Assembly: GCA_034670305.1 (NCBI GenBank)
Contig: JAXMNT010000010.1
Coordinates: 126,885-190,884, forward strand
Source of the DNA: Deltaproteobacteria bacterium
GTDB taxonomy: Bacteria > Myxococcota_A > Polyangia > Polyangiales > Houyiibacteriaceae
DNA length: 64,000 nucleotides
Direction: 5' to 3'
The notes under the pieces are model-generated. The model saw only the letters and a program-made list of their open reading frames with translations. It had not been told where the DNA came from and did no database searches. A program made the position numbers and the translations under genes. Shown here one piece after another: positions 29,170-41,330 of this stretch. Position 1 is the first letter of the stretch. Each line of letters starts with the position of its first letter.

Positions 29170-31038
29170 ATGTTCACGCCCGCACGCAAGGTGCTCTTCT
29201 CCTCACTCCTCGTCGGCCTGGCCTTTGGCTGTGGCGACGGCGGAGACCCGCCCATCGAAGGCGACCTCGACTTTGGTCTCGAGGACCTCGGAACCCTGAT
29301 GGACGGTGTGCCCGACAACAGCTCGTTGCCCGAAGAGGGCAAAGCCGACGAGGTGCTTCCCGCGCAGTTCGACCTGGTGGCCACCCAGAGCGGGGTCAAG
29401 AGCCAGGGCTCACGCGGCGTCTGCTCGATCTTCGGAACGGTGGCGCTCGCAGAGCACCTCTACATCACCGAGGGCACCATCATGAACCCGGACTTCTCGG
29501 AGCAGTTCCTCCAGTGGTCGTCCAAGTTCGAAGAGAACGCCTTCCCGCGCAGCGGCGGCAGCAACGCCAACAGCAACATCCGCGCGTTCAGCCGTCACGG
29601 CGGCGTGGTGGAGAGCGCCTGGCCGTACGAGACGAGCCCGTGGAACAGCTCGAACGACGAAGCCTGCACCGGCGAAGACGACCAGCCGACCCGCTGCTAC
29701 ACCAACGGTGAGCCGCCGGCCGAGGCCCTGATGGCGCAGCGCTTCCGCATCCCGAGCGGCCGATGGATCAACTCGCGCGCCCGCAGCATCAAGGGCCACA
29801 TGTTCGAGACGAACACGGCCGTGCAAATCGGCGGCGACTTCTACTACCAGTCGTGGGGCCACGGCGGCTCGCTCATCCCGACCTACCGTCCGTACCGCGC
29901 CCAGGGCTACGTCCTCGCGCCGAACGCCGCCGACGTGGAGTCGAGCAACACCCACAGCGCCGGTCACTCCTACCTCGCGGTGGGCTGGGACGACGACCTC
30001 GAAGTGCAGGCCGTCAACGCCGAGGGCGAGCTCGCCGTCGACGAGATGGGTGAGCCGATCATGCAGAAGGGCTTCTTCCTCATCAAGAACAGCTGGGGCA
30101 CCGGCTGGGCCACCGAGAACCCGTTCGGCGCCGGCTACGGCTGGATCGCCTACGAGTACGTCGAGCGTTACCTCAGCGCGTACGCCAGCGGCGTGCCCGA
30201 GGTCATGGTCAACGAACGTTGCGGCGACGGCGTCGACAACAACTTCGACGGCCTGACCGACTGCGCCGACCCGATGTGCTCCGAGGACCGCTCCTGCGTC
30301 GACCCCTCGGGCACCTACGAGAACAACACGCCCTCGCCCATCCCCGACAACGACTCGGCCGGTGTGTCGAGCGTCATCGAAGTCGCCGAAGGCGGCACCC
30401 TCAGCGGCGTCAGCGTCACCGTCGACATCACCCACACCTACCGCGGCGACCTCACGGTCCGCCTCGAAAAGGGTGGCGTCACCAGCACGCTCATCGAGCG
30501 CGACGGCGGCGGTGAAGACAACCTTCAGCGCACCTTCGACGTGGGCGACTTCGACGGCCAGGACGCCGCCGGCACCTGGACCCTCACGGTCGTCGACAAC
30601 GCCAACGCCGACACCGGCACCCTCAACAGCTGGTCGCTCAGCCTCACCCGCTGCGCCGGTGGCGACTGCGAGTCCATGCCGACGATGCTCACGGGCACCA
30701 ACGACACCCTCGTGGTCATTCCCGACAACGACTCGACCGGCATCACGAGCGACATCGATGTGACCGGCGCGGGCACCATCGCGACGCTTCGCGTCACGGT
30801 GAACCTCACCCACAGCTTCATCGGCGACCTCACCATCGGCGTGAGCAAGGACGGCGGCACGGAAGCGACGCTGCTCTCCGAAGAGCTCGTCGAAGACACG
30901 ATGCTGGTCCGCACCTTCACCGTCGAGGACTTCAACGGCGACGCTGCCGCGGGCACCTACAGCCTGCACATCGTTGACGGAGCAGCCCGCGACGAAGGCA
31001 CGCTGAACAGCTGGAGCGTCGAGATCACGACGAACTGA
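29170..31038 (+). CDS. Lipoprotein: papain-like C1 cysteine protease with two proprotein-convertase P domains
   Basis: Lipobox [23 protein letters not shown]; two IPDND...HT/S..GDL...GT..SW.. repeats. Confidence 0.85.
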   Translation: MFTPARKVLFSSLLVGLAFGCGDGGDPPIEGDLDFGLEDLGTLMDGVPDNSSLPEEGKADEVLPAQFDLVATQSGVKSQGSRGVCSIFGTVALAEHLYITEGTIMNPDFSEQFLQWSSKFEENAFPRSGGSNANSNIRAFSRHGGVVESAWPYETSPWNSSNDEACTGEDDQPTRCYTNGEPPAEALMAQRFRIPSGRWINSRARSIKGHMFETNTAVQIGGDFYYQSWGHGGSLIPTYRPYRAQGYVLAPNAADVESSNTHSAGHSYLAVGWDDDLEVQAVNAEGELAVDEMGEPIMQKGFFLIKNSWGTGWATENPFGAGYGWIAYEYVERYLSAYASGVPEVMVNERCGDGVDNNFDGLTDCADPMCSEDRSCVDPSGTYENNTPSPIPDNDSAGVSSVIEVAEGGTLSGVSVTVDITHTYRGDLTVRLEKGGVTSTLIERDGGGEDNLQRTFDVGDFDGQDAAGTWTLTVVDNANADTGTLNSWSLSLTRCAGGDCESMPTMLTGTNDTLVVIPDNDSTGITSDIDVTGAGTIATLRVTVNLTHSFIGDLTIGVSKDGGTEATLLSEELVEDTMLVRTFTVEDFNGDAAAGTYSLHIVDGAARDEGTLNSWSVEITTN

Positions 31039-31125
31039 GCCGAAGCGCCGCGCACCCCACGCGGCACTTCGAACCTGCACGACGCCGCGTTCCCCTTCGG
31101 GAATGCGGCGTCGACGCGTTCGGGG

Positions 31126-31410
<285 letters not shown>

Positions 31411-31555
31411 GGATCGCGCCCATGTGGCACGGCGGGTGTCGCACCGAGCGCACGCTTGTGTCACTGGGGGCAACGGGCCGGCGCGTGGCGGGTCTCGTTT
31501 TCGTTGCCGAAGCCACGGTGCGCAGCCGGCATGCTCCTTGCGTTCTGGGAGCGCG

Positions 31556-32839
31556 ATGTTGGTGCGGCTTCGGTGGGTGTGGGTGGGTGCGGTGCTGGCT
31601 TCGGGCATCGCAGCGCTGATCGGCGCCGGCACGGTCGCGGCACAGCCGCCGGACAACGGTGAGACCGCAGGTGCGGATGACGTACCTGCGATTCCGGACG
31701 CGGCCGTCGAGGTCGAGGTCGAGGTCGACACGGGGCTCGTACTCACCGCGCCACGTGAGGTCGTGCCCACCGCCCCGACCACCGACGTCACCGTGCCTGG
31801 CGGGTACCAGGACGACGACGCGATCTGGGCGCTCTACCACCGCGCCGCGCTGGCCCTCGCGAGCGACGACGAAGACATCGCGATCGAGCTCTTGCTCCGC
31901 ATCCGGCAGCACCCCACCCACGCGGCCGCGGACCAAGCGACGCTCATGCTCGAGCGGCTCGGCATCCGCGACGAACAACCCACGCGCAGCGGGGAACGTC
32001 GGTCGGCTCTGGCGCGCGCGGAGCTCGTCGGGTTCCAGGCGCTCGCCGGCGCGGGCACCGCCAACATGGTGTGCGGTCTGGCCGAGTGCGATGGCGCGCG
32101 CGTCTGGACCCTCGCCAACTTGGCTGGACTCGGCGCAGGCCTCGGACTCTCGGTGGGTCTGAGCCGGGACGGCATCACGCCGGGCCAGGCGTCGCTCTAC
32201 AACGCCGCGCACCGGTGGGGCATTCTCAACGGGTTCCTCCTCTTCAGCGCGACGGGCGCGAGCTACCGCCAGGACGAGTTCGGAGACCACCGCTACGAAG
32301 CCCGACCCATGATCGCGAGCTTCCTGGTCGGCCAGGCCCTCGGCATGGGAAGCGCGGCGCTGCTGGACCGGTTCGTCGGCCCCCGATCCGGCGACGTGGG
32401 CATGGTGGACTCGATGATGCTCTTGTCTTCGACGCTGGTGGCGCTGGCCGGGCCGGCGCTCGCGGATCACATCGACGATCGCGGCATTCGCGCGTGGCTC
32501 GGCACGATGCTGCTGGCCAACGCCGCGAGCATGTCGCTCGGGGCGTGGCTCGCGACGGAGACCAAGCCGAGCCGCGCCCGCACCCTGCTCTTGGATGTCG
32601 GGCTCGGGGTCGGCATCGGGGTGGTCGCGGGTGTGCAGGCGCTCATCCAGGGCGAGGACATCAACGGCCGCGCGATGCTCGGCTTCGGCGCACTCGGCGG
32701 CCTCGGCGGCTTCATCTTCACCTGGTGGCTCACCCGCAACTTCGACCGCCGCGGCGAACCCGACCGCATGCCCGCCGTGCAGCTCGACGTCTCCCCCACC
32801 CTCGGCGGAGCGACCGCCAACTTCCGCCTCGCGCTGTAA
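31556..32839 (+). CDS. Hypothetical Gly-rich membrane protein
   Basis: Signal peptide followed by multiple Gly-rich hydrophobic segments. Confidence 0.6.
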   Translation: MLVRLRWVWVGAVLASGIAALIGAGTVAAQPPDNGETAGADDVPAIPDAAVEVEVEVDTGLVLTAPREVVPTAPTTDVTVPGGYQDDDAIWALYHRAALALASDDEDIAIELLLRIRQHPTHAAADQATLMLERLGIRDEQPTRSGERRSALARAELVGFQALAGAGTANMVCGLAECDGARVWTLANLAGLGAGLGLSVGLSRDGITPGQASLYNAAHRWGILNGFLLFSATGASYRQDEFGDHRYEARPMIASFLVGQALGMGSAALLDRFVGPRSGDVGMVDSMMLLSSTLVALAGPALADHIDDRGIRAWLGTMLLANAASMSLGAWLATETKPSRARTLLLDVGLGVGIGVVAGVQALIQGEDINGRAMLGFGALGGLGGFIFTWWLTRNFDRRGEPDRMPAVQLDVSPTLGGATANFRLAL

Positions 32840-32864
32840 CCCGGCGGTAGCAGCCATCACGGTC

Positions 32865-32946
32865 GCGGAGGCCGTCGCGGAAGCGGTCGCGGAAGCGGAT
32901 GCGGATGCGGATGCGGATGCGGAAGCGGAAGCCGAAGCGGAAGCGG
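32865..32946. repeat. Short hexamer tract (GCGGA[A/T])n
   Basis: Direct inspection. Confidence 0.85.
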
Positions 32947-33006
32947 CGGAGCAGTCGGTCCCCGCCGCTGGTTGACCCGTCCGGGTGGCGCGGGTAGCAC
33001 GCGCGC

Positions 33007-34458
33007 ATGAGCGATGTGCGTGTACGGTTTGCCCCCTCCCCCACCGGGTCCCTTCACATCGGCGGGGTGCGCACCGCGATGTACGCGTGGCTGTGGGCCA
33101 AAAAACACGGCGGCACGTTCATTCTCCGCATCGAGGACACCGACGCCGAGCGCAACACCGAAGAGAGCGTCCAGGTGGTGCTCGAGTCCATGAAGTGGCT
33201 CGGGCTCGACTGGGACGAAGGCCCTGGCGTCGAGGGTCCGCACGCGCCGTACTTCCAGAGCAAACGCATCGAGACCTACCGGACGTGGGCGAACACGCTC
33301 ATCGAGAGCGGCCACGCCTACCGCTGCTACGCCACGCGTGAAGAGATCGGCGCTGCGCGCGCCGCTTACGAAGAAGCCAAGGGCAAGAAGGGCTTCCGGT
33401 TTCAGAGCCCGTGGCGCGACCGGACCGACGGCGACCCCGATGCATCCCACGTGGTGCGGTTCAAAGCGCCACGCGATGGCAAGACCGGCTGGACGGATCT
33501 GGTGTACGGCGACGTCGCGTACCCGAACCGCGAGCAGCAAGACTTCGTGCTCATCCGCGAGAACGGACTGCCGCTCTACAACTTCGGTTGCTTCGTCGAC
33601 GACCTGACGATGAAGGTCACGCTGGTCACCCGTGGCGACGATCACTTGGTGAACACCCCGCAGCAGATCCTGCTCTACCGCGCGGCCGGCCAAGAGCCGC
33701 CCCAGTTCGCGCACCTCCCGATGGTGCTCGGCCCCGACGGCAAGAAGTACAGCAAACGCCACGGCGCGGTCGGGGTGATGGACTTCGCCGACGAAGGCTA
33801 CGTGCCGGACGGCCTCTTGAACTACCTCGCGCGCGTCGGCTGGAGCCACGGAGACCAAGAGCTCTTCACCCGCGACGAACTCATCGCCGCGTTCGACTGG
33901 GCGCACGTCGGCAAGACCTCCGCGCGCGTCGACTTCAAGAAGATGGCGCACGTGCAGGGCCACCACCTGCGGCTCAAGAGCGACGCCGAACTCGCGGAGC
34001 TCGTCGTGCCATTCTTGAAGAAGCGCGGCGTGGAAGTCGCGGCCGACGACGCGCTGCTGCGCTCCGCCATCGCACCGGTGAAGCTGCGCGCCGCCACCCT
34101 CGCCGAGCTCGCGGAAGGCCTCGACTACTTCTTCCGTGCGGACGCCGACCTCGAGATCGAAGAGAAGGGCGCGAAGAAGTTCCTCACCCCGGAGTTCGCG
34201 CCGAACCTCACGAAGCTCGCAGACATCGTCGAAGCCGCGGACCCGTTCGACGAAGCCACCCTCGAAGCGGCGGTGGTCGCGTGGACCGAAGCGGCCGAGC
34301 TCAAGATGAAGAACGTCGCGCAGCCGGCCCGCATGGCGCTGACCGGACGCACGCGCAGCCCGGGCCTTTACGAGACCATCGTCTTGCTCGGGCAGGCGCG
34401 ATCGCTGCGTCGCCTGCGCGCGGGTGCGGAGACCGCTGCAGCCAACGCCGGTTCGTGA
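33007..34458 (+). CDS. gltX: Glutamate--tRNA ligase
   Basis: RFAPSPTGSLHIGG, LRIEDTD, RGDDH, KYSKRHG. Confidence 0.95.
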   Translation: MSDVRVRFAPSPTGSLHIGGVRTAMYAWLWAKKHGGTFILRIEDTDAERNTEESVQVVLESMKWLGLDWDEGPGVEGPHAPYFQSKRIETYRTWANTLIESGHAYRCYATREEIGAARAAYEEAKGKKGFRFQSPWRDRTDGDPDASHVVRFKAPRDGKTGWTDLVYGDVAYPNREQQDFVLIRENGLPLYNFGCFVDDLTMKVTLVTRGDDHLVNTPQQILLYRAAGQEPPQFAHLPMVLGPDGKKYSKRHGAVGVMDFADEGYVPDGLLNYLARVGWSHGDQELFTRDELIAAFDWAHVGKTSARVDFKKMAHVQGHHLRLKSDAELAELVVPFLKKRGVEVAADDALLRSAIAPVKLRAATLAELAEGLDYFFRADADLEIEEKGAKKFLTPEFAPNLTKLADIVEAADPFDEATLEAAVVAWTEAAELKMKNVAQPARMALTGRTRSPGLYETIVLLGQARSLRRLRAGAETAAANAGS

Positions 34459-34583
34459 CAGCAGGGTCCAGTTCGGCCACGGCGGCCTCGAGCCAGGTCG
34501 TGTCTGCGGGCTTCGCTGTGCGGGCTCCCGGAGTCGCATCGCTTTCTCCGCGCGCAGCCGCCCACACCACGTCGAGGATCTGA

Positions 34584-35447
34584 GTGACGTCTCGGCTCGC
34601 CGAGCTGCATCCGCGGCGCTTCTTTCTCGAGACCTGGCGCGCGCTCGACGAGCGCGCTCGGCGGCTTCGGGCCGAGCGTGCCGAAGCCGGGCTCGGCTAC
34701 GACTACCGGCCGCTGATCGTCTTCTGCACCGGCGCGCTGCTGCTCACCGCGATGGAGTACTGCGGCATGCAGGAGCACTTCGACGCGCTCGTGCTCTGGA
34801 TGGTCGAGCTCGAGATCGCCGGGTCGGTCGACGGCATCTTCTTCACCGAGCTGCGCCACTCCGAGTGGTACCTGCTCATCGCGCACGCTTGGTGGGCGCT
34901 GTGGCGGGTGCTCGGGTTTCTGCTCTTGCCGATGCTCATCATCAAGTTGAGCAAAGGCAAAGTGCGTGACCAGTATTGCTCGACCAAGGGCTTTCGCGAC
35001 CACCTGTGGATCTACCTGCTCGCGTTCGCCGTCGTCTTCGCGTGCGTGATCGGTGTCTCGTTCACCGAGGGGTTCTCCACCCACTACCCGTTCTACGAAG
35101 AGTCGCACCGCAGCTGGTTCGACCTGCTCACGTGGGAAGTGCTCTACATCCTCCAGTTCCTCGGGCTCGAGTACTTCTTCCGCGGCTGGTGGCTGCGCTC
35201 CTGCGAGTCCGCGCTCGGCAGCCACGCCATCTTCGCGATGATCGCGCCTTACGTGATGATCCACTTCGGCAAGGAGTGGGCGGAGACCTGCGGCGCGATC
35301 TTCGCCGGCGTCTTCCTCGGGACCCTCGCGATGCGGACCCGCAGCATCTGGGGTGGCTTCCTCGTGCACTGCCTGGTCGCGGTCAGCATGGACATCGCTG
35401 CGCTGCTTCAGACGACCGGCCTGCCGACGACTTTCTGGCCGGAGTAA
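34584..35447 (+). CDS. CPBP/CAAX-family intramembrane glutamic protease
   Basis: LEYFFRG, MIHFGK...E, TRSIWGGFLVH. Confidence 0.85.
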   Translation: MTSRLAELHPRRFFLETWRALDERARRLRAERAEAGLGYDYRPLIVFCTGALLLTAMEYCGMQEHFDALVLWMVELEIAGSVDGIFFTELRHSEWYLLIAHAWWALWRVLGFLLLPMLIIKLSKGKVRDQYCSTKGFRDHLWIYLLAFAVVFACVIGVSFTEGFSTHYPFYEESHRSWFDLLTWEVLYILQFLGLEYFFRGWWLRSCESALGSHAIFAMIAPYVMIHFGKEWAETCGAIFAGVFLGTLAMRTRSIWGGFLVHCLVAVSMDIAALLQTTGLPTTFWPE

Positions 35448-35637
35448 GTGCAGGTTTGGGACACCTGCGACGGTTTGGCGCCCTCGCTGACAAGGAATTA
35501 CAAGTCCCAACAATTGTTGGGGAGCGGCCTTCCGAGATGTGGATCACGGTGCGATCGCGGGTCGTCGTGGGTTCACGAGGCTTCGCAGCCGACCGCTCGG
35601 GCACAGCTCAGCCGGTCGCGCAGGAACGGAAGTCTAC

Positions 35638-37086
35638 GTGGATACGCTGATCATCACCCTCTACCTCATCGCCCTGACGGTTCTCGGCATCTATGGCGCG
35701 CACCGCGGTGCGCTCCTGATGCTGTACTTGAAGCATCGCCAGAACGTGCCGAAGCCGAAGGGCAAGTTCGCTGACGAAGATCTGCCGATCATCACGATCC
35801 AGCTTCCCGTCTTCAACGAGCTGTACGTAGTCGAGCGTCTGGTCGATGGGATCGCACTCATCGACTACCCGAAGGAGAAGCTGCACATCCAGCTGCTCGA
35901 CGACTCCACCGACGAGACGGTGAAGATCGCCCGCGCCAAGGTGGATGATCTCTGCGAGCAGGGCTTCGACGCCGAGTACATCCACCGGGTGGACCGCACC
36001 GGCTACAAGGCCGGCGCGCTCGAGCACGGGCTCAAGACCGCCAAGGGCGAGCTCGTCATGGTGTTCGATGCGGACTTCGTGCCGAGCAAGTCGATCATTC
36101 GCAAGCTCATCCACTTCTTCACCGACGAGAAGGTCGGCATGGTGCAGGCGCGCTGGGGTCACCTCAACCGCGACTACTCGGTGCTCACCCAGTGTCAGTC
36201 GATGATGCTCGACGGCCACTTCATCATCGAGCACATCGCCCGCAACCGCTCGGGCCGCTTCTTCAACTTCAACGGCACCGCGGGCATCTGGCGCAAGTCG
36301 ACCATCGAAGACGCGGGCGGCTGGCAGCACGACACGGTCACCGAAGACATGGACCTGTCCTTCCGCGCGCAGCTCAAGGGCTGGGAGTTCATCTACGTTC
36401 AGGACGCGATCGCGCCGGCCGAGCTCCCGTGCGAGATGAACAGCTTCAAGACGCAGCAGTTCCGCTGGGCCAAGGGTTCGGCGCAGACCACCAAGAAGCT
36501 CCTCGGCACCGTTCTGCGGGCGGACATCCCGTTCAAGGTGAAGGTCGAAGTCGTCTTCCACCTGACGAACAACTTCGCGTACCTCTTCCTGGTGCTCCTC
36601 GCAGCGCTTCAGCTGCCGAACATGCTCTTGCGCCGGCACATGGACAACCCCGAGTTGCTCCTGCTCGACGTGCCGCTCTTCGCCTCGACCTGCGGCTCGA
36701 TCTGCATCTTCTACCTGGTCACGCACCGCGCGCTCTACGACAACATCTGGGACGCGATCAAACGCCTTCCGCTGATGATGGCGCTCGGCATCGGCCTGAG
36801 CATCAACAACGCACGGGCGGTCATCGAAGGGCTCTTCGGCAAGGACCTCGAGTTCGTCCGCACGCCCAAGCACGGCATCACGCTCGACAGCGACCAGTGG
36901 AAGAAGAAGAAGTACAAGGCGACCTTCCCGGTCCACTCGCTCGTCGAAGTCGGCTTCGGTCTCTACTTCGTCGCGACCATCGTACTCGCGGTGATCACTG
37001 GAAGCTGGATCAGCATCCCCTTCCTGGTGCTCTTCATGATCGGCTTCCTCTACGTCGGATCTCTGAGCCTCTACCAGGCCCGCTGA
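35638..37086 (+). CDS. GT2 processive glycosyltransferase (cellulose-synthase-like)
   Basis: DDSTD, GYKAGAL, FDADF, TEDMD, QQFRW. Confidence 0.92.
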   Translation: MDTLIITLYLIALTVLGIYGAHRGALLMLYLKHRQNVPKPKGKFADEDLPIITIQLPVFNELYVVERLVDGIALIDYPKEKLHIQLLDDSTDETVKIARAKVDDLCEQGFDAEYIHRVDRTGYKAGALEHGLKTAKGELVMVFDADFVPSKSIIRKLIHFFTDEKVGMVQARWGHLNRDYSVLTQCQSMMLDGHFIIEHIARNRSGRFFNFNGTAGIWRKSTIEDAGGWQHDTVTEDMDLSFRAQLKGWEFIYVQDAIAPAELPCEMNSFKTQQFRWAKGSAQTTKKLLGTVLRADIPFKVKVEVVFHLTNNFAYLFLVLLAALQLPNMLLRRHMDNPELLLLDVPLFASTCGSICIFYLVTHRALYDNIWDAIKRLPLMMALGIGLSINNARAVIEGLFGKDLEFVRTPKHGITLDSDQWKKKKYKATFPVHSLVEVGFGLYFVATIVLAVITGSWISIPFLVLFMIGFLYVGSLSLYQAR

Positions 37087-37105
37087 CCCCGACCGCAGAA
37101 CGCTG

Positions 37106-37144
37106 AGAAAAGGGCCAAGCGACGAGCGTCGCTTGGCCTTTTCT
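37106..37144 (+). terminator. Rho-independent terminator
   Basis: GGCCAAGCGAC-GAGC-GTCGCTTGGCC stem-loop followed by TTTT, A-run on the 5' side. Confidence 0.75.
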
Positions 37145-37191
37145 CACTGCCCCCACCCACGGATCCCCCACCGCACCGGGTACCATCCCTT

Positions 37192-38886
37192 ATGACTCGG
37201 ATCTTCGGCCTCTTCGGACTGGTGGCGACCGCGCTGCTCCTCGTCTCGCTCATCGTGCCACCGCAGGTCCACGCGACGTGCTCCTGCATGATGTTCCGCC
37301 GGCCGCCGCCTTCGACGGTCGCCCAGTCCCAAGGCATCGCGTCGGACCCCGCGTACAACCCGACCTCGGCGGTGTTTCTGGTGCGCGATGGGACCAAGAC
37401 CATCCTGACGATGGAGACCGCCTACCAAGGGCCGAGCAAAGAGGTCACCCTGCTCATCCCGGTGCCTCAGGTCGTCGCGCGCGATCAGGTGCGGACCATT
37501 GCTGGCTCGGTGTTCCGCAACTTGGACCGACGCACTGCGCCCACCGTGAAACACGTGTGGCCGGCGTGTCGGCGCGTCCGCAGGCCACGCCCGATGGCGC
37601 GTGCCGCGAGCGCAGATGGCTTCGGAGGGGGCGGCGGCGGGAGCCGGATCGAGGCGATCGAGCAGGAGTACTCGATCGACGTCGTCGACGAGTGGGAGGT
37701 GCAGGAGTACGACATCACCCTGCTCGGGGCCGAGCAGTCGACGGGTCTGCTCCGGTACCTGACCGAACAAGCGAACCTCGAACTTCCACCGAGCGCCGAC
37801 GCGGTGCTGCGCTCCTACATCGAGAGCGACTTCCGATTCGTGCTCGCGAAGGTGGACCCGGCGCGGGCGCACCGCCTCGGTGACCGGATGATGCTCTCGC
37901 CGATCCAGATCGAATACGACTCCGACCAGCTCCAGGTCCCGGTCCGGCTCGGCACCCTGAACAGTCCCGGCGAACAGGAGCTGCTCCTCTACGTACTCGC
38001 CAAGGACGGGCGCTACGAACTCGCCAACCGGCCGAACGTCACCGCGCCGAGTGAACTTCAGCTCGAGGAGAGTGCTGCCGGCAACGTCGCGGAACTCTAC
38101 AACTCGCTCATGAACGAGACCTTCCGGCGCACCCCAGGCGCGGCGGTCACGGAGTACGCGCACAACCTCGGGAGCAAGGTCGGGCGGTTTCACGTGCAGT
38201 CGTTCGGGATCCCAAGCGACCGAGAAGCGCGCCGCGTGGAGGAAGCCGGGGGACGCCGCGGCCGGTGGACGCTCACCCGCATCCGACACCGCTACGGCAA
38301 AGACCTCGACTCCGATCTGATCCTCAGGCCCGCGTCCTCGCCGCTCCGCATGACGCGTCGCTGGTCGCACCCGGAGCTCCGGGTGTGGGCGCCACGCGGC
38401 GAGAGCGGCTTCCACGTGCAGTTCGCGGTGGTGCACGGCGGCAGCTGCCCGAGCACCCAGCGCCAGCAGCGGCTGGCACAGCAGTTCGCGACCGCGGAGT
38501 CCATGTGGGAAGGCGAGCGCGACTTCTGGCCCGGCGACGTTCTGCTCGACGACGTGACCTCGCTCGGCATCACGGCCCAGAGTTCGGCGCCCGCCGGCTG
38601 GCCGCCGCCCGCGGTCGCGCCGCGCGAGGTGGAGATCGAGAAACCCGACGACGAAGTCGCGGTGCCCACCGGCCCGATCTCGATGAGTGAGATGCAAGCT
38701 GGATCCGGAACGGGGCTCAGCGCGGAAGAAGTCCGCGCGCTCCAAAACCAAGGCGCGCCCGCGGCGGCCCCGGCGGCCGACAGCGGCGGATGTGGCGGGT
38801 GTGCGACCATCGAAGGAGCGCCCGCCGCCCCAGCGCTCGGCTTGCTCTTCCTCACCTGGGTCGCCACGCGCCGCAAACGAAGCTGA
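37192..38886 (+). CDS. DUF2330-like exported protein with MYXO-CTERM-like sorting tail
   Basis: Signal peptide; TAP, P.RLG..N, TEYA, LTR motifs; C-terminal GGCGGC...LGLLFL...RRKRS. Confidence 0.75.
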   Translation: MTRIFGLFGLVATALLLVSLIVPPQVHATCSCMMFRRPPPSTVAQSQGIASDPAYNPTSAVFLVRDGTKTILTMETAYQGPSKEVTLLIPVPQVVARDQVRTIAGSVFRNLDRRTAPTVKHVWPACRRVRRPRPMARAASADGFGGGGGGSRIEAIEQEYSIDVVDEWEVQEYDITLLGAEQSTGLLRYLTEQANLELPPSADAVLRSYIESDFRFVLAKVDPARAHRLGDRMMLSPIQIEYDSDQLQVPVRLGTLNSPGEQELLLYVLAKDGRYELANRPNVTAPSELQLEESAAGNVAELYNSLMNETFRRTPGAAVTEYAHNLGSKVGRFHVQSFGIPSDREARRVEEAGGRRGRWTLTRIRHRYGKDLDSDLILRPASSPLRMTRRWSHPELRVWAPRGESGFHVQFAVVHGGSCPSTQRQQRLAQQFATAESMWEGERDFWPGDVLLDDVTSLGITAQSSAPAGWPPPAVAPREVEIEKPDDEVAVPTGPISMSEMQAGSGTGLSAEEVRALQNQGAPAAAPAADSGGCGGCATIEGAPAAPALGLLFLTWVATRRKRS

Positions 38887-38905
38887 GCCAAACCTCGCGG
38901 AAACA

Positions 38906-39289
38906 GGAAGCGGAAGCGGAAGGACCCGGAAGCGGCAGGCGGCAGCGGCAACGGCAGCGGAAGCGGAAGCGGCAGCGGCAGCGGCAGCGGCAGCGGCAGC
39001 GGCAGCGGCAGCGGCAGCGGCAGCGGTAGCGGCAGCGGCAGCGGCTTCGGCTTCGGGCTCGGCGTCGGCTTCGGCGTCGGATTCGGCGTCGGCGTCGGCT
39101 TCGGCTTCGGCTTCGGCGTCGGATTCGGCGTCGGCGTCGGCTTCGGCTTCGGCTTCGGCGTCGGATTCGGCGTCGGCTTCGGCGTCGGCTTCGGATTCGG
39201 ATTCGGCGTCGGATTCGGCGTCGGCGTCGGATTCGGCTTCGGCGTCGGCTTCGGATTCGGCGTCGGCGTCGGCTCCGGCGTCGGCGTCG
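38906..39289. repeat. Bipartite hexamer tract (GCGG[A/C]A)n followed by (TCGG[C/A][T/G])n
   Basis: Between convergent genes; reverse-complement arrangement of 20345-20753. Confidence 0.95.
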
Positions 39290-39310
39290 CAGTCGAGATG
39301 GCGACGAGCG

Positions 39311-40135
39311 CTACAGGTCCGGCCGCCCGCCCTTCCACCCGAGCGCCCACCCCATCGTGTACCGCGCGTTCACTTCGGAACGCAGGTTCCACGCCTTCGC
39401 CCCGCCGTACCGGAACGCGTCCACCCCGAACGGTCCCCAGTAGCCGTGATCGAGAAGCGCCCGCCCCACCACCTCGACCTCGCGCTTCAGCTCGTCGACT
39501 GGAAGTGCGTCGTTTCGGGTCGCGGCCCGCGACTCGACCCACTTGCCGCCTTCCACCCGCTGAACAACCGGCCCGCCCACCTCGACGCGACCTTCCGCGT
39601 GCACAAATCCTGGTGTGCCGACCTCGAGATCGATGTCGACGAACGGCTCGAGTTGGTAGCCGCCGTGGTCCCGCACCGACGCGTCCAGCCACGCGAGGTC
39701 CGCATCGGACAGACCCCCTGCTCCGACCCGCAACCGTCGTTGACCCCGTCCGACGAAGCTCATCGGTCGCTTCGCGATCCAGGACCCATCGGCCAAAGCC
39801 GACGGGTGCGGCGGGGCGTGGACGAAACGCGCGCCCTCGAGCAGCGACTCGAAACACGCGCGGTGGTTCACCCGGCGCAGCGTGGTTTCGTCTGGCGCCG
39901 GCGCGGCCACGAGTCCCGCCTCTCGGACCTGTCTGAGCGCAACCGTCGTGGGACACCAAAGCCGTGCAGGCTGACCTTCGTAGCGCCGGTCTGGCGCCAT
40001 CCGTTCGTCCCCGGCCGGAACGAGCATCGGCGCGACCTTGCCCGCCGCCTTGCGTGCGGCGACGACACCGCGAAGCGGCGCCGCGCGCCCTGCCAGTTCG
40101 AACTCGGCCAGCAAGTTCAAGTACCAGATCCGCAT
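39311..40135 (-). CDS. ATP-grasp-like hypothetical protein
   Basis: WIAKRP...[29 protein letters not shown]. Confidence 0.6.
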   Translation of the reverse strand: MRIWYLNLLAEFELAGRAAPLRGVVAARKAAGKVAPMLVPAGDERMAPDRRYEGQPARLWCPTTVALRQVREAGLVAAPAPDETTLRRVNHRACFESLLEGARFVHAPPHPSALADGSWIAKRPMSFVGRGQRRLRVGAGGLSDADLAWLDASVRDHGGYQLEPFVDIDLEVGTPGFVHAEGRVEVGGPVVQRVEGGKWVESRAATRNDALPVDELKREVEVVGRALLDHGYWGPFGVDAFRYGGAKAWNLRSEVNARYTMGWALGWKGGRPDL

Positions 40136-40139
40136 CGAC

Positions 40140-40934
40140 TCAGAGGTCCGGCTGCCACGCGTCGAGCGCGCGAATGAACGCCGCGCTCAGCCCGGCCGCG
40201 GACCGGCGCTTTTCGTGGAGTGGGCGACCGCGCATCACCATGGGCGACAGGGGCTCGGGAAGTTCCGCGACCCAGCGGTCGAACTCGAGCGGGCCGCCGA
40301 AGTGGTGGAACCATGTCACCGCGAAGCGGACGTGCGCGACCTCTTCGACACCGACTTGGTCTTGCACCTCGGCCCCGACCTCGTCCCCGACGGCACGGAA
40401 CCGCTCCGCGAACCGAGCGGCGTGTTCGAGGTTGCCGCCCTCGAATCCGATGCCGAGGCACGCGACGAACTGAAGCGGCGTCTCGCAGGAAGGCACGCGC
40501 TCCCAGAACCAGTCGCGCACCGGAAAGTCACCGAAGGCGTATCCGAGCGTCTGCATGTGTCGCTCGTACATCGCCATGTGCCGGAGCTCGTCCTGCATCA
40601 CCGCGAGCAGTCCCGCGCGAAAGTCTGCCGGGGTGTCCGGAAACGCGAGGATGGCCCAGGCCATCAGCTCGGCGGCTTGCAGTTCGTGGTGCAGGAAACG
40701 GTGGAGGATGCGGGCGCGCGCTTCGGGCGAACGCAGCGAGCGCGGCATGCGCGGCGCTCGGTCGACGATCTCGAGTTCCGGCGGGCGACCGGGGCGTTCG
40801 ATGCGCGTTGCGGCGCGGTCGCGCTGCCAGGTCGTGGGCGGCGGCGGTGGGCAGAGCTTCGTCGCGAGCACGTCGGTGCCGATGTAGGCCTCCGCCCATG
40901 CTTCGACGGTCTCTTGGCTGGTCGCGCGGTTCAC
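40140..40934 (-). CDS. Ferritin-like di-iron protein (DUF455-like)
   Basis: HHELQA, DELRH, FEGGNLE, EEVAHV ligand spacing; GTG start inferred. Confidence 0.75.
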   Translation of the reverse strand: MNRATSQETVEAWAEAYIGTDVLATKLCPPPPPTTWQRDRAATRIERPGRPPELEIVDRAPRMPRSLRSPEARARILHRFLHHELQAAELMAWAILAFPDTPADFRAGLLAVMQDELRHMAMYERHMQTLGYAFGDFPVRDWFWERVPSCETPLQFVACLGIGFEGGNLEHAARFAERFRAVGDEVGAEVQDQVGVEEVAHVRFAVTWFHHFGGPLEFDRWVAELPEPLSPMVMRGRPLHEKRRSAAGLSAAFIRALDAWQPDL

Positions 40935-41001
40935 CAGGACGGTGTGCCATGGACGGAGGGGGATATCGAATCGGGAGGGAGGTGGGGACCCTTGACGTTC
41001 T

Positions 41002-41329
<328 letters not shown>

Positions 41330-41330
41330 T

